A DNA stretch of 35,248 bases from contig DRNB01000008.1 in the NCBI GenBank assembly GCA_011375045.1, positions 1 to 35,248 of the forward strand. The letters are read 5' to 3'. The number at the start of each line of letters is the position of its first letter. Positions within the stretch are counted from its first letter, which is position 1. Under the pieces are notes generated by a model. The model had not been told where the DNA came from. It saw only the letters and a program-made list of their open reading frames with translations, and searched no databases. The position numbers and the translations under genes are program-made. The stretch is from Aquifex aeolicus. Its GTDB lineage: Bacteria > Aquificota > Aquificia > Aquificales > Aquificaceae. Shown here one piece after another: positions 16,240 to 25,591 of this stretch.

Positions 16240-17264
16240 AGAAATTTTTGAGCCTGCTGCTTACAGGTTTGCTCCTGATAAGATCCTTTTCCTTTCCTTT
16301 GCCGGCCGCTGCAGCCTGCACTGCTGCGGGAGAGGGAACTCCTGCGGCTGCCATTAGGATTTGGACTGCTGCTGTTTCAACTATTTACAACGTTTTTCCC
16401 ATCAGGATAGGCGGTGTAACGATTATAAGTTTTCAGGGGCTTGAAGATTTCAGCAGCGTTTCTAACGTGCCTGCATGTTTGTGTATGGATCCTTTTCCGA
16501 GGGTTGGAATCAAGGTTTCTCTCTGGGAACCCATTGCTTTTCTGGAGGCGACAAGAATTCCCTCGTGCAGCCCTTCTCTCGGAATGGTGCTTCCCATTCC
16601 TTCTCCAACAGCTCAGATGGGTTTCGGGGGAGAGGATTCAGGAGGGGAGGATCAGAGCAACCATCACTCCTATCAGTTTCACTACATAAAGTTTCATCCT
16701 TTTGCTCTTCTCAACCTCTTTCTTGATTTTGTCTGTTTTGAGAGCGGCGGTCTGGATATAGGCTACATATCCGAGGTAGATCCTCTCTGGCAGAGCGACG
16801 TCTGGGCTTCCGTTCTCAATCCCGAAGCTATCCTTGTTGCCAATCCTGTAGCTCAGATGGCGTGTATGGCGGATTCGGCTGCGGCTACTCTGGGTTTTCC
16901 CCTGGACTTTCTCTGGTGGTGCCTCGGAACGTGGGGGTCTCTGTATCCAATGACTAAGAGTGTCAGCCAGGGAATAAATCTTACCTCCCAAATGGCTGTC
17001 AGTGCAAGGGCTGTTGCCAAGCTCCACAGACAGTTGATTCTCTGGGGTTCCGTGGGAGAGTCGGGGCTCTGCGGTATGTATCCCATGCCGGTAATGAGAA
17101 AGTCCCAGTATTCTTTTCTTCTTCTTCATCCTGTTCCGCATCCCGTGAGGATACCGATAGGTAGGAGCGTGATGCTCTGGGGGGAAGGAAAAGAGGTGCC
17201 CTTTGCAAACCACCACGTTTATGTGAACCTCCTTTACAGGAAGAGGGACTGCTGTGCGTTTTAG
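16236..17264 (+). CDS. traU: TraU
   Basis: FPIRIGG, CLC..P.PRVG....WEP, YISEVDPLW, NPEA, WC.G.WG..YP, RKRDCC. Confidence 0.95.
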   Translation: MKKFLSLLLTGLLLIRSFSFPLPAAAACTAAGEGTPAAAIRIWTAAVSTIYNVFPIRIGGVTIISFQGLEDFSSVSNVPACLCMDPFPRVGIKVSLWEPIAFLEATRIPSCSPSLGMVLPIPSPTAQMGFGGEDSGGEDQSNHHSYQFHYIKFHPFALLNLFLDFVCFESGGLDIGYISEVDPLWQSDVWASVLNPEAILVANPVAQMACMADSAAATLGFPLDFLWWCLGTWGSLYPMTKSVSQGINLTSQMAVSARAVAKLHRQLILWGSVGESGLCGMYPMPVMRKSQYSFLLLHPVPHPVRIPIGRSVMLWGEGKEVPFANHHVYVNLLYRKRDCCAF

Positions 17265-19467
17265 TGTGGTTTTTGTGCTGCTTGCGGGTCTGGTTTTTGC
17301 CGGAGATTACGGAGCAGGAAGTGTGTGGGATAAGGTAAAGAGCAGGCTCGGAACGAAGGAAGGAATAAGAGAGAACGCCGATGTTCCTTTAAAAACCGAG
17401 TCTCCCATGAAGAATATAGAGGGGACACAGAGCTTTGAGGTAAGGCTCCAGTGTCCTTCGAAGAAGGAGGGAATAAGGATAACTTTCCATCCCCTTTCGG
17501 GAAATGATTACAGGCTGATAATCGAGGAAGATCTTGATCTTGATGGAGTTTACGAGTATGTTTACGACACCTGGTCGGTTGGGATCAGGGTTTCCGGAGT
17601 TTGCTATTCGGGGATAGTATCGTGTGATCCGGGGGGAAGCTGGGCGAACTGTGAGTATTACTACTGGGACGGGGGAACTTCCGGATACGTGTCTCTTGTT
17701 AACACCGAGGACACTTCGCTTCTGGGGGGGTGTTTCTGTTCGAACGCTTCCTGCGGGGTAAACACTCTTGTTCAGGAGATAGTGGACTATGTGAGCGGTG
17801 GTATATCTCAGGCGGTTATGAGGGTTCGCAGTGATCTCGGAATTTCGAAGGCAGGATTTGATATGTCCACCATGTCCGCACATCTTTATGTTCAGGACAA
17901 AGCCGGGTGTGCCTATGCAGGCGGAGCCATTTACGGGGAACAGAACCCCTCCTATGTTTACACTTCCCAGACACCTCCTGATGGACTGTCTTACATAGCT
18001 GCTGATCCTTCGCTGCAGACCTCTCCCGATTCTCCCTACTACCTTGTGAGCAGAGCAGGTGAGGTTCAGGTAAACGGGCAGAGCATAGGGCTTCCTGAGA
18101 GGGTGTCCTGTGATGTGAGGAGCGATGTTTCGGTCTACACCACGGATATGTATGAGGACTGCGGTACAACATGGGTAGATCCGAACGGGGAGGTGTGGTG
18201 TGAAGAATTCAGCAAGAGTCTTCATGCGGATGTGTGGGCGGATCTTTTTTCCTGTTTGTGGGTAAATCCTGATGCCTTCAGCGAATTCAGAAATTGTGTT
18301 ATCACGAACGGGTTTAACGTGTGCGGTGCAGCCTACAGTTCCGATTGTAATATTGATGGCAGTTGTGATAGTTACTGCATCATAGGAGCAGGAGAAAGTA
18401 GATACGGTATAGAATACGTTAGTGGTTCCGTAACACTCCGTCCGTATCAGAAGTATGCAGTCAGATTGAGACCCAGAAACACCTGGAATTCCTGGGAGTG
18501 CAGATTTTTCCTTTTCTGGAACACTACTACGGGAGAAGAACTAATATACAACACCAAATGCGACACGAACTGGGACAGGAGAGAAAGATACTACTTTTCT
18601 CCATATATTGAAGACGGAGGAACTTTTGTTATAGAAGGGGAATATGCGGTAGACGATTGGGGGGACGGCTGGTCGGGTTATGACTTTTACATATACAAGT
18701 CCCAGGTTTACAGGGGTGATGTGGCTTCCCTCTCTCAGACGAACACCTGTCCTTCGGATCCTGAGTGTGTGGTTAAAAACGAGTGGATCTGCGGCAGCAC
18801 CGGAGAAAACTGCGTTCAGACTGTAAAGGAAGGGATAAGAACGGGAGTATCTCCCGTGCCCTTCTGCTACACCACGAACACTCAGATAGCAACCTACACC
18901 GTCTGTGCTTACGGGGACAGGATAGAGGTGAGGGGAAATCCTGACATTTACGGTCAAACCTTCACGGGGAGCGATATGTGGTTCTGGATAAAGAGAGAAT
19001 ACGAGTGTCCACCGAGCCAGATAGACATAGATCTTTCGAGACCCTCTGCGGTTATAGAAAACGCTTCCTACAGTCCTTCTTCCGGACAGCTCACCTACAC
19101 GGACTTCCTCTGTGAGGGGGGAATCTGCACGCCCGTGAGGGCGGACACTGCGGAGGTGGGGACTCCTGACAGCTGTCCTGCGGCAGTGTGCACGGTAAGG
19201 ACTTCCGGACAGGATGCCTCCGTGTTTGCGGACAGAACCAACAGGTCTCAAACGCCCGGAGGAACCTCCACCGCCCCCCTTGAAGTAAGGAGCTGCGAGA
19301 GGGGAGCAAGCGGATGGACGTGTCCCGTCGAAAGCGGCGAGGCGGTAGTGGAAGCCTGCAGGTGCGATCAGGGACTCGACAGCGTGGGGTTCTCTACCTC
19401 GATAACCACACTTCAGGCGGTTGTAAACGCTTCCAAAGACCTTATCTGTTCAGCGGTGGGGCAGTAA
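17254..19467 (+). CDS. TraN-like mating-pair stabilisation protein, N-terminal part (Cys-rich, secreted)
   Basis: Signal peptide, many Cys, WFWIKREYEC motif, position after traU; lacks the TraN C-terminal domain. Confidence 0.7.
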   Translation: MRFSVVFVLLAGLVFAGDYGAGSVWDKVKSRLGTKEGIRENADVPLKTESPMKNIEGTQSFEVRLQCPSKKEGIRITFHPLSGNDYRLIIEEDLDLDGVYEYVYDTWSVGIRVSGVCYSGIVSCDPGGSWANCEYYYWDGGTSGYVSLVNTEDTSLLGGCFCSNASCGVNTLVQEIVDYVSGGISQAVMRVRSDLGISKAGFDMSTMSAHLYVQDKAGCAYAGGAIYGEQNPSYVYTSQTPPDGLSYIAADPSLQTSPDSPYYLVSRAGEVQVNGQSIGLPERVSCDVRSDVSVYTTDMYEDCGTTWVDPNGEVWCEEFSKSLHADVWADLFSCLWVNPDAFSEFRNCVITNGFNVCGAAYSSDCNIDGSCDSYCIIGAGESRYGIEYVSGSVTLRPYQKYAVRLRPRNTWNSWECRFFLFWNTTTGEELIYNTKCDTNWDRRERYYFSPYIEDGGTFVIEGEYAVDDWGDGWSGYDFYIYKSQVYRGDVASLSQTNTCPSDPECVVKNEWICGSTGENCVQTVKEGIRTGVSPVPFCYTTNTQIATYTVCAYGDRIEVRGNPDIYGQTFTGSDMWFWIKREYECPPSQIDIDLSRPSAVIENASYSPSSGQLTYTDFLCEGGICTPVRADTAEVGTPDSCPAAVCTVRTSGQDASVFADRTNRSQTPGGTSTAPLEVRSCERGASGWTCPVESGEAVVEACRCDQGLDSVGFSTSITTLQAVVNASKDLICSAVGQ

Positions 19468-19468
19468 G

Positions 19469-20404
19469 ATGAGGAGGCTGCTTACAGGGACTCTGCTTTT
19501 CTGGAAGATAGGATTTTCGGCTTTCTTCTGTGCGGACACGGGGCTGTATTACTCGGATCAGACCTTCTGCAGCAGCGTCTGCTCAAATCCCTGCGAGGTT
19601 CTCCTTGCCGGTGATCAGGGACTTACCTGCGACACGTTAAACTACGAGCTTTTCGTTTACAATCCCCAGACAAACAAAACGATAGCGATCACGAAGAGTT
19701 CGGACTTCTGGGATCAGTTTTCCGGCCTCCTTGTGGTAGAGGACGCCTCAGATAACGAGGCGGGGAGGCAGATACTTTCTTATCTGAATACCACCGCATG
19801 GATAGGCCTGTATGATCCTGACCTCTCTCCTTCCTACAACTCGGTCAATCCTTCAAGGTTTGTGTGGTGGGACGGAACACCTGTAAGTTACGCAAACTGG
19901 AACACGGGAGAGCCTGACAACTTTGTGGACACTCAGGACATAGGCAGCGTCTCTCCTCTCGGGGAGCACTGGGTTTACATGGATGCGGGGGGGATGTGGA
20001 GCGATGACGGACTTCACCTCAGCTACGGAGGAGATTACAGACCGAGGAGAAGGGCGCTCGTGATGTGGGACGGACAGCTGGACTGCGTAAACGGTCTGCC
20101 TCAGAACGACCGGACGACCACGAACGACATGATAAACCTCTACTGCGGCGGGCAGACTCCCTGCTATCTCTGTGCTGATGGAAGCTCCATAGATGCCTGC
20201 ACTCAGGGAGATGTGTGGGGAACCAGCTCTGCCGGATGGCTTTGCCCTCTGGAAAAAACCTCCTGTGTTCAAAGTTTTTCCTGTCCGCAGGGGGGGACAT
20301 ACAACCGGAGCACGGGAGTATGTGAAGCTGATCCGGATATAAGCTGCCCTCCCGGAGGTTCCTACAATGCTCAAACGGGCAGGTGTGAAGCTCAGCCTTT
20401 ATAG
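19469..20404 (+). CDS. Secreted Cys-rich protein with a C-type lectin domain (middle TraN module)
   Basis: AWIGL, FVWWDGTPVSYANWNTGEPDN, EHWV.M...G.WSD; C-terminal CP.GG.YN..TG.CE repeats. Confidence 0.88.
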   Translation: MRRLLTGTLLFWKIGFSAFFCADTGLYYSDQTFCSSVCSNPCEVLLAGDQGLTCDTLNYELFVYNPQTNKTIAITKSSDFWDQFSGLLVVEDASDNEAGRQILSYLNTTAWIGLYDPDLSPSYNSVNPSRFVWWDGTPVSYANWNTGEPDNFVDTQDIGSVSPLGEHWVYMDAGGMWSDDGLHLSYGGDYRPRRRALVMWDGQLDCVNGLPQNDRTTTNDMINLYCGGQTPCYLCADGSSIDACTQGDVWGTSSAGWLCPLEKTSCVQSFSCPQGGTYNRSTGVCEADPDISCPPGGSYNAQTGRCEAQPL

Positions 20405-21677
20405 TCTTTTAGTTCTGGTCTTTCTGTGGAGCTGCGGTCCCACGGGAAGCGGGGATGCATACAGATCCGAGGTTTACAGTGCCGAGGATCCTCAGTACAG
20501 AGGAGGAGTAGAGGTTTCCCGGGACAGAAAAAGCGTTCGTATTTACGGAGATATTCCGTGCTACGGCAGTTACAGCCGGTACGCGGGTCAGTGGATCAGC
20601 ATACAGAACGGGGGGACATCGGAGTTTACCGAGCGGTGCAGGAACTGGTGGAGAACGTATACTCTTGAGATCAGAAATGGTCAGCTCCGGATATATTACA
20701 GGACCGCGGGCAGTTCGGGTATTTATGGAGACTGGATTCCCCTGTGTCCGCAGGGAGGCGGAGTTTCCCGTGCGGAACCCTATCTCGTGGAGACAAACAG
20801 CGGGAACAGCATCAGGTTCTGTCATTTTGACCAGTATCAGAACCGGTGGGTTTGCGGCAGGTGGGCTGCTTACGTCTGTCCCCCCGAGTGTCCTTCGGGA
20901 TACACTTACGACAGTTCCCTGAACCTCTGCACAGCAGATCCCGCCTATATCTGTCCTTCGGGATACACCTACAACTCCTCTACAGAGAAGTGTGAAAGGG
21001 CTCCGAACACGAACCGGTCCTGTCCCTTTAATCCGAACCGCCCCTGTATTCAGGAGGGATCGGGATACTTCTGCTCCCCCTACGACTGCTACGATGCCGC
21101 CTCCACACCTCCCGTGAACACCGACACCCGGCAGGGAGCGAACGATGTGCCGGCGGACGGGCAGGTAACGGAAGAAGGCTGTGTGGGGACGGTGTATGTG
21201 TTCAACGGACGTGATATGAGGTGCAGACCGCCCGGAACCCAGACGGGGTTTTCGAACTGCTGTCGGAAAACAACGACGTGGTTCGGACTGGGGAGGTGCA
21301 GTGAAGCGGAGCGTCAGCTTGCTTCCCTCAGAAGCTGGGGGCAGCTTGACGGTAACTGCCATTATGTCGGGGAGTACTGTGCGGAGGAGTGGTTTGATGT
21401 GTGTGTGCAGAAGAAGAGGACCTACTGCTGCTTCTCCTCTCCCCTTGCGAGGATAATACACGAGCAGGGAAGACCTCAGCTGGGTATAGGGTGGGGAACA
21501 CCTCAGTCTCCCAACTGCAGGGGGTTTACCATGCAGGAGTTTCAGAAGTTAGACTTCTCCAAGATAGACTTCTCCGAGTGGGTGGAGGAGGAGGTTCGGA
21601 AAAACATAGCTCCCAGTATAGAGACAAACATCCAGAACGTCATCAATCAGATACCTTCTCAGATACAGGGGCAGTAA
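20367..21677 (+). CDS. traN: TraN C-terminal-domain lipoprotein
   Basis: Lipobox LWSC; VFNG....C, NCC, CHYVGEYC, YCCFSS.LARIIHEQGRPQL..GWG....PNCRGFT..EFQ.LDFSKIDFSEW. Confidence 0.92.
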   Translation: MLKRAGVKLSLYSLLVLVFLWSCGPTGSGDAYRSEVYSAEDPQYRGGVEVSRDRKSVRIYGDIPCYGSYSRYAGQWISIQNGGTSEFTERCRNWWRTYTLEIRNGQLRIYYRTAGSSGIYGDWIPLCPQGGGVSRAEPYLVETNSGNSIRFCHFDQYQNRWVCGRWAAYVCPPECPSGYTYDSSLNLCTADPAYICPSGYTYNSSTEKCERAPNTNRSCPFNPNRPCIQEGSGYFCSPYDCYDAASTPPVNTDTRQGANDVPADGQVTEEGCVGTVYVFNGRDMRCRPPGTQTGFSNCCRKTTTWFGLGRCSEAERQLASLRSWGQLDGNCHYVGEYCAEEWFDVCVQKKRTYCCFSSPLARIIHEQGRPQLGIGWGTPQSPNCRGFTMQEFQKLDFSKIDFSEWVEEEVRKNIAPSIETNIQNVINQIPSQIQGQ

Positions 21678-22114
21678 TGGAGAAGGTGCTTCTGGCTCTG
21701 TGGCTTGCGGGTCTTGAGTACGGGGTTTCCTATGAACTGCTTTACTCAATTGCAAAGACTGAAAGCGGACTGCATCCTTATGCGGTGAACATCGGAGGCA
21801 GGAGCTGCTATCCCGAAACGAAGGAGCAGGCCTTATCCCTCATAAGGGGAAAGGAGAACTACGACATCGGTCTCATGCAGATAAACTCCTACTGGATAAG
21901 GAAGTTCTCCCTCAAACCCGAATGGCTTTTTGATCCCTTTTACAGCGCAAGGTGGGGAGCTTACATACTGAAATACTGTCAGTCAAAGTTCGGAAACACA
22001 TGGCGGGCGGTTGACTGCTATCACAGAGGGGAAAAGAAAGCGAGCTTTTACGGAAAATACTCTGCGAAGGTCTGCAGCATCCTTTACGGCAAAGAAAATT
22101 GCTGGACTTTTTGA
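21677..22114 (+). CDS. Lytic transglycosylase (VirB1/SLT)
   Basis: IAKTESG, DIGLMQINS.W, AV..YH; start at the TAATG overlap (21677), not 21401. Confidence 0.92.
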   Translation: MEKVLLALWLAGLEYGVSYELLYSIAKTESGLHPYAVNIGGRSCYPETKEQALSLIRGKENYDIGLMQINSYWIRKFSLKPEWLFDPFYSARWGAYILKYCQSKFGNTWRAVDCYHRGEKKASFYGKYSAKVCSILYGKENCWTF

Positions 22115-22131
22115 AAAAAAGCTCGTATATT
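22103..22131 (+). promoter_or_regulatory. dsbC promoter TGGACT-17-TATATT
   Basis: tggact ttttgaaaaaaagctcg tatatt; same AAAAAAGC spacer as the other ICE promoters. Confidence 0.6.
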
Positions 22132-22163
22132 ACTTTATGTCAAAAGATTTGGAGGATGGGTAT

Positions 22164-22853
22164 ATGAAAAGGTTTTTTTCTGTGCTGCTGCCCTTCGTGG
22201 CTTTAGCCGGAATATGCGAGGAAGTCAAGCTTTCAGACCACGCTCCCATACCTCCCTACAAGGTAGAGTCAAAGAGGGAGGTCTTCGGGCTTTGCGAGAT
22301 GATCATCAACATTAACGGTCAGCTCGTTCCAGTCTATGCCTCCAAAGACTTCATCATCTCGGGGGAGATGTTCTCATACAGGAGGCAGATAACTCAGAGC
22401 CAGCTTGAGAGGATAAAGGAGAAGGTCATAAAGGAGAACCTTTCAAAGATAGAAACGCTGAGGTATTTTTCCTACAAACCCGAGAATGTGAAGGAGGGGA
22501 GGTATTTTTACTTCATCTCCGATCCGGACTGTCCCTTCTGTCAGAGGGTCAAGGGGAAGGTGAAGGAACTTGCGGACAGATACGGGTATGAGGTGAGGAT
22601 CATCTGGTATCCCCTTCCCTTTCACAGGGAGGCAAAGCCCAAGGCGGTAGCTCACTACTGTGAGAACAGAACCTATGAAGATTACCTGAAGGACGAATAC
22701 GGACAGAAGCAGTGTGAGGAGGGAAAGAAGGAGGTGGAGAAAAACCTCAGAGTTCTCAGGACATTCGTTAGAGGAACTCCCACCTTTGTGTTTCCGAATG
22801 GGGAGGTTGTGGTGGGAGCAAACCTCAGGAAGCTTGAGGAGGTTATGAGGTGA
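22164..22853 (+). CDS. dsbC: DsbC-like thiol:disulfide isomerase
   Basis: Signal peptide, SDPDCPFC, PLPFH, RGTPT; ATG at 22164 behind GGAGG. Confidence 0.88.
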   Translation: MKRFFSVLLPFVALAGICEEVKLSDHAPIPPYKVESKREVFGLCEMIININGQLVPVYASKDFIISGEMFSYRRQITQSQLERIKEKVIKENLSKIETLRYFSYKPENVKEGRYFYFISDPDCPFCQRVKGKVKELADRYGYEVRIIWYPLPFHREAKPKAVAHYCENRTYEDYLKDEYGQKQCEEGKKEVEKNLRVLRTFVRGTPTFVFPNGEVVVGANLRKLEEVMR

Positions 22854-23155
22854 TTGAGGAGTCTGAGAAGCTTGATGAACTTCTGATCAGCACTCTGAGC
22901 TTCATCATGATTGTTTTTGTGTTCCTTACGGTTTTGACTCTTGGCGGTGCTCCTCTGCCTTATGTAGAGGTTCTTGCGGAGAGGGCAGCCGGGCTTCTCG
23001 GTTTCGGGGATATTCCCGAAACCCTCGGGGGTTTGAAGAGTTTAATCTTCTTTGCTTTTGCGGGCAACGCTCTTGTAGGTTTTTACGGAGTTTTCCTGCT
23101 TGTCAGAGGTTTGATAAGGACTGTCAGGAAGACTTTTGGAGGAGTGAGGCTGTGA
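22850..23155 (+). CDS. Small two-TM membrane protein
   Basis: Coupled start (GTGA); two hydrophobic segments. Confidence 0.7.
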   Translation: MIEESEKLDELLISTLSFIMIVFVFLTVLTLGGAPLPYVEVLAERAAGLLGFGDIPETLGGLKSLIFFAFAGNALVGFYGVFLLVRGLIRTVRKTFGGVRL

Positions 23156-23739
23156 GGAAGGCGGTGCTTTTCCTTATGTTTGCAGGGAGTGTGTTTGCTC
23201 GGGAGCTTCTCGTGGACGGGAAGCTTCTGACGGGAGTTGAGATAGGACAGAGGAGCGAACCTCTGCCTCTTCTGATAGAGCTTGAGGGGTCAGAGTGCAC
23301 CGTGTATGCGGTTGCGGTTCCCGGGGATGCGAAGAGGGTGTGGATAAGACCCGAGAAGCTCTACTGCGGGAGAGAAACTGCGCAGGTAAGGGGATTCGTA
23401 ACCGACAGCAGCGGTGTTCTCGGTATCAGATGCAGCTCAAGCCCCTGCTTCCTTGAGAAGGGAACTCAGGTGAAGGTCTTTCTGGAAAGGGAAAAAGAAG
23501 CAGGGAATCTGCGTATTACGGAAAGGGAGAAGAATTGTATCTCTGAGGCTTTGGCAAACCTTTATGCGATGAAGACTTACACACCTTACTGGGCGGACGT
23601 GCAGATGAATCTTATGAAGATGCTCGTATCAAGAGGGGCGGATGTGTGCCGGGCTTTTGAAAGCGTAACGGGTATCTCTTTGGAGCAGAAAAGAAGTACG
23701 GCTGATGCAGCGGAGGAGAAAGAGGCTGTGAAGAGGTGA
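23152..23739 (+). CDS. Secreted protein with a truncated TraB/VirB10-like domain
   Basis: LLTG...PLPLLIEL...ECTV.......KRVWIRPEKLYC....VRGFV.DSSG.LGI aligns by eye with the TraB core in this window. Confidence 0.7.
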   Translation: MRKAVLFLMFAGSVFARELLVDGKLLTGVEIGQRSEPLPLLIELEGSECTVYAVAVPGDAKRVWIRPEKLYCGRETAQVRGFVTDSSGVLGIRCSSSPCFLEKGTQVKVFLEREKEAGNLRITEREKNCISEALANLYAMKTYTPYWADVQMNLMKMLVSRGADVCRAFESVTGISLEQKRSTADAAEEKEAVKR

Positions 23740-23740
23740 G

Positions 23741-24031
23741 GTGATGGGAGTTCTGAGCTGGTTTCCTTATGTCCTGGCAGGCTTCATACTTGCGGCCGGT
23801 TCCGGCTGCTTTTTAAATACTGAAGAGGTTTCCTTCTATGTGCCTTATGCGGAAGCTGTTGCGGAAGAACTGCTAAAGCCTGCGAGTATACCCGAGGAAC
23901 AGAAGGAAAGGCTGATCGGGGTGTTATCTCTTTACTTCCCCTTTATACTGACCGTCTGCACGGCGGGCTTTGTTTACACAGCGAGCAAAGCTTACGAAGC
24001 AGTCAAATCAATTGGAGGATTCCGGAGATGA
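23741..24031 (+). CDS. Small two-TM membrane protein
   Basis: In operon; two hydrophobic segments. Confidence 0.65.
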   Translation: MMGVLSWFPYVLAGFILAAGSGCFLNTEEVSFYVPYAEAVAEELLKPASIPEEQKERLIGVLSLYFPFILTVCTAGFVYTASKAYEAVKSIGGFRR

Positions 24032-24489
24032 AGTTTGTTGAGCTGAAAGAGCTGGCGGACAGGGTGCTCTTTTACGAGCAAGAAATACTGAAGAGCATGG
24101 AAAGTGCTTCCCTTTCAGAGAGGGAGTCCGTCCACCGCAGGTTTCTCGAACAGGAGTGCATGAAAGCGAAGAACAAAATAGAAAGGCTCGTTCCCGACAA
24201 AAGGAAAAGAGAGCTGCTTTATGAGCTGGTAAAGGCGGAAAGACTGGTTCACAGGGTTCTTTACGGAAATAACCTTTCGAAGGCAGACGAGTCAGGAGAA
24301 ACCCTGTCAAGAATAATGTCCCTGCTGATAGAGAACGGCGTAGATGATGAAAGGCTGTATGAGGTTGAAGAGATAGTCCGCGGGGAAGATCCGTGGGAAG
24401 GGCTTAAGAAGCTTATGGTGGAGCTTCACAACATGGCTCGGGAGAAGGTATTTGCAGACACAGGCTCAGGAGGGAAGAGGCTGTGTTAG
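24028..24489 (+). CDS. Hypothetical helical protein
   Basis: ATGA coupling and an SD. Confidence 0.7.
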   Translation: MKFVELKELADRVLFYEQEILKSMESASLSERESVHRRFLEQECMKAKNKIERLVPDKRKRELLYELVKAERLVHRVLYGNNLSKADESGETLSRIMSLLIENGVDDERLYEVEEIVRGEDPWEGLKKLMVELHNMAREKVFADTGSGGKRLC

Positions 24490-25145
24490 AGCTTGCAGGG
24501 GATGTAGCGAGGAATCCCGAAAGGTATGCGGGAGAGCTGAAAGAGATCCTCGGGAAGGTTGACTCCTTTGATGATACAGAGATAAGGGACTTTGTGGTAG
24601 TGGAGGAGATAAGGCAGACCGAGGATGTGGATATCGGTTCCGTAGTGGGAACCGCTCACCCTGATTATCAGGGGCTTTACTGGTCGGAGATGCTCCTTAA
24701 AGGGAAGAGAATGCACCTTAACCTTCCCCTTCTTGAGAAGAACCCTTCCTACTACCTTGACGGGGAGAGGAAGCTGCCCGTGATGGAGTATCTGGAGCTG
24801 GAGGGGAAGGTTTACGTTTACGGGGACGGAAATCACAGAACCGCAATAGCTAAGGTCTTCTTAGGGCTTTTAGGGAAGGAGAGGTTCGGGAAGGTTTATC
24901 TGAGGAAGTGGACTCCGGATGAGAAAGCTTTAGAGCTTGCGGAAGCCGCAAAGGATAGAGGTGTCAGCTTCTTTGTAAAGAGAGTAAAGCTCTCAAGGGA
25001 GGACGGACCCGGCTGGCAGGTGGAGCACTATGACCTTCGCTTTTTGACGGAGAAAGGGGAGATGGGCGCAGGTGAGTTCGAGAGGTATCTGAAGGAGAAG
25101 GGAGGTTTTCTGACGAAGATCTTTGCTTTCCTGGGAGGCAGCTGA
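24483..25145 (+). CDS. ParB/Srx N-terminal-like domain protein
   Basis: YVYGDGNHRTAIAK matches the DGNHR ParB/Srx motif; no HTH evident. Confidence 0.72.
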   Translation: MLELAGDVARNPERYAGELKEILGKVDSFDDTEIRDFVVVEEIRQTEDVDIGSVVGTAHPDYQGLYWSEMLLKGKRMHLNLPLLEKNPSYYLDGERKLPVMEYLELEGKVYVYGDGNHRTAIAKVFLGLLGKERFGKVYLRKWTPDEKALELAEAAKDRGVSFFVKRVKLSREDGPGWQVEHYDLRFLTEKGEMGAGEFERYLKEKGGFLTKIFAFLGGS

Positions 25146-25146
25146 G

Positions 25147-25590
25147 GTGCTGGGTTTCGGGTTTGACATTCCTGCGGGGGATCTGGGGTATCAGATGAGG
25201 GTGGAGGTTCACGTGATAGGGGAGGTGAGATACACGTTCCTCACTCCTCAGCTCAAGCCTCCTCCGATAGTGATAAGGAGGATAGAGAAACCGCAGGTGG
25301 TTGAGGTTTACTTTGACTTTGACTCCGCAGAGCTGAAGGAGAGTGAAAAGAGGAAGCTTCTTCAGGTAAAGGGAAAGGTGAAGGTGGAGGGATACGCCTC
25401 TCCCGAAGGGAGCAGTGAATACAACCTGAAGCTCTCTGAAAGGAGGGCGAGGAACGTGGCAGAGTTTCTGAAGAAGAGAGGAGCCGAGGTTCTTGAGATA
25501 AAGGGGCTGGGGGAGAAGAGCTGTTCTCTTCCTCCCGAGAAGTGGTCTCTGTGCAGAAAGTCGGTTGTAAAACCTTCTGGAGGGAGATGA
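25147..25590 (+). CDS. OmpA C-terminal (peptidoglycan-binding) domain protein
   Basis: VYFDFDSAEL, VEGYASPEGSSEYNLKLSERRARNV, GLGE; GTG at 25147 behind GGAGG (alternative start 25123). Confidence 0.88.
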   Translation: MLGFGFDIPAGDLGYQMRVEVHVIGEVRYTFLTPQLKPPPIVIRRIEKPQVVEVYFDFDSAELKESEKRKLLQVKGKVKVEGYASPEGSSEYNLKLSERRARNVAEFLKKRGAEVLEIKGLGEKSCSLPPEKWSLCRKSVVKPSGGR

Positions 25591-25591
25591 G

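Noticed and set aside
19469-20404. Diversity-generating retroelement targeting the C-type lectin
   Set aside because: No reverse transcriptase and no TR/VR near-duplicate seen in the window; the domain is a canonical CTLD rather than an Mtd/FGE-type DGR target.
17254-21677. traN pseudogene broken by frameshifts
   Set aside because: Each ORF starts with its own signal peptide or lipobox and is tightly coupled, which fits functional fission.
21401-22163. Long N-terminal extensions of slt (21401) and dsbC (22011); similarly zwf (33145) and gnd (33936)
   Set aside because: They overlap neighbouring genes; downstream starts with coupling, SD or signal peptides fit better.
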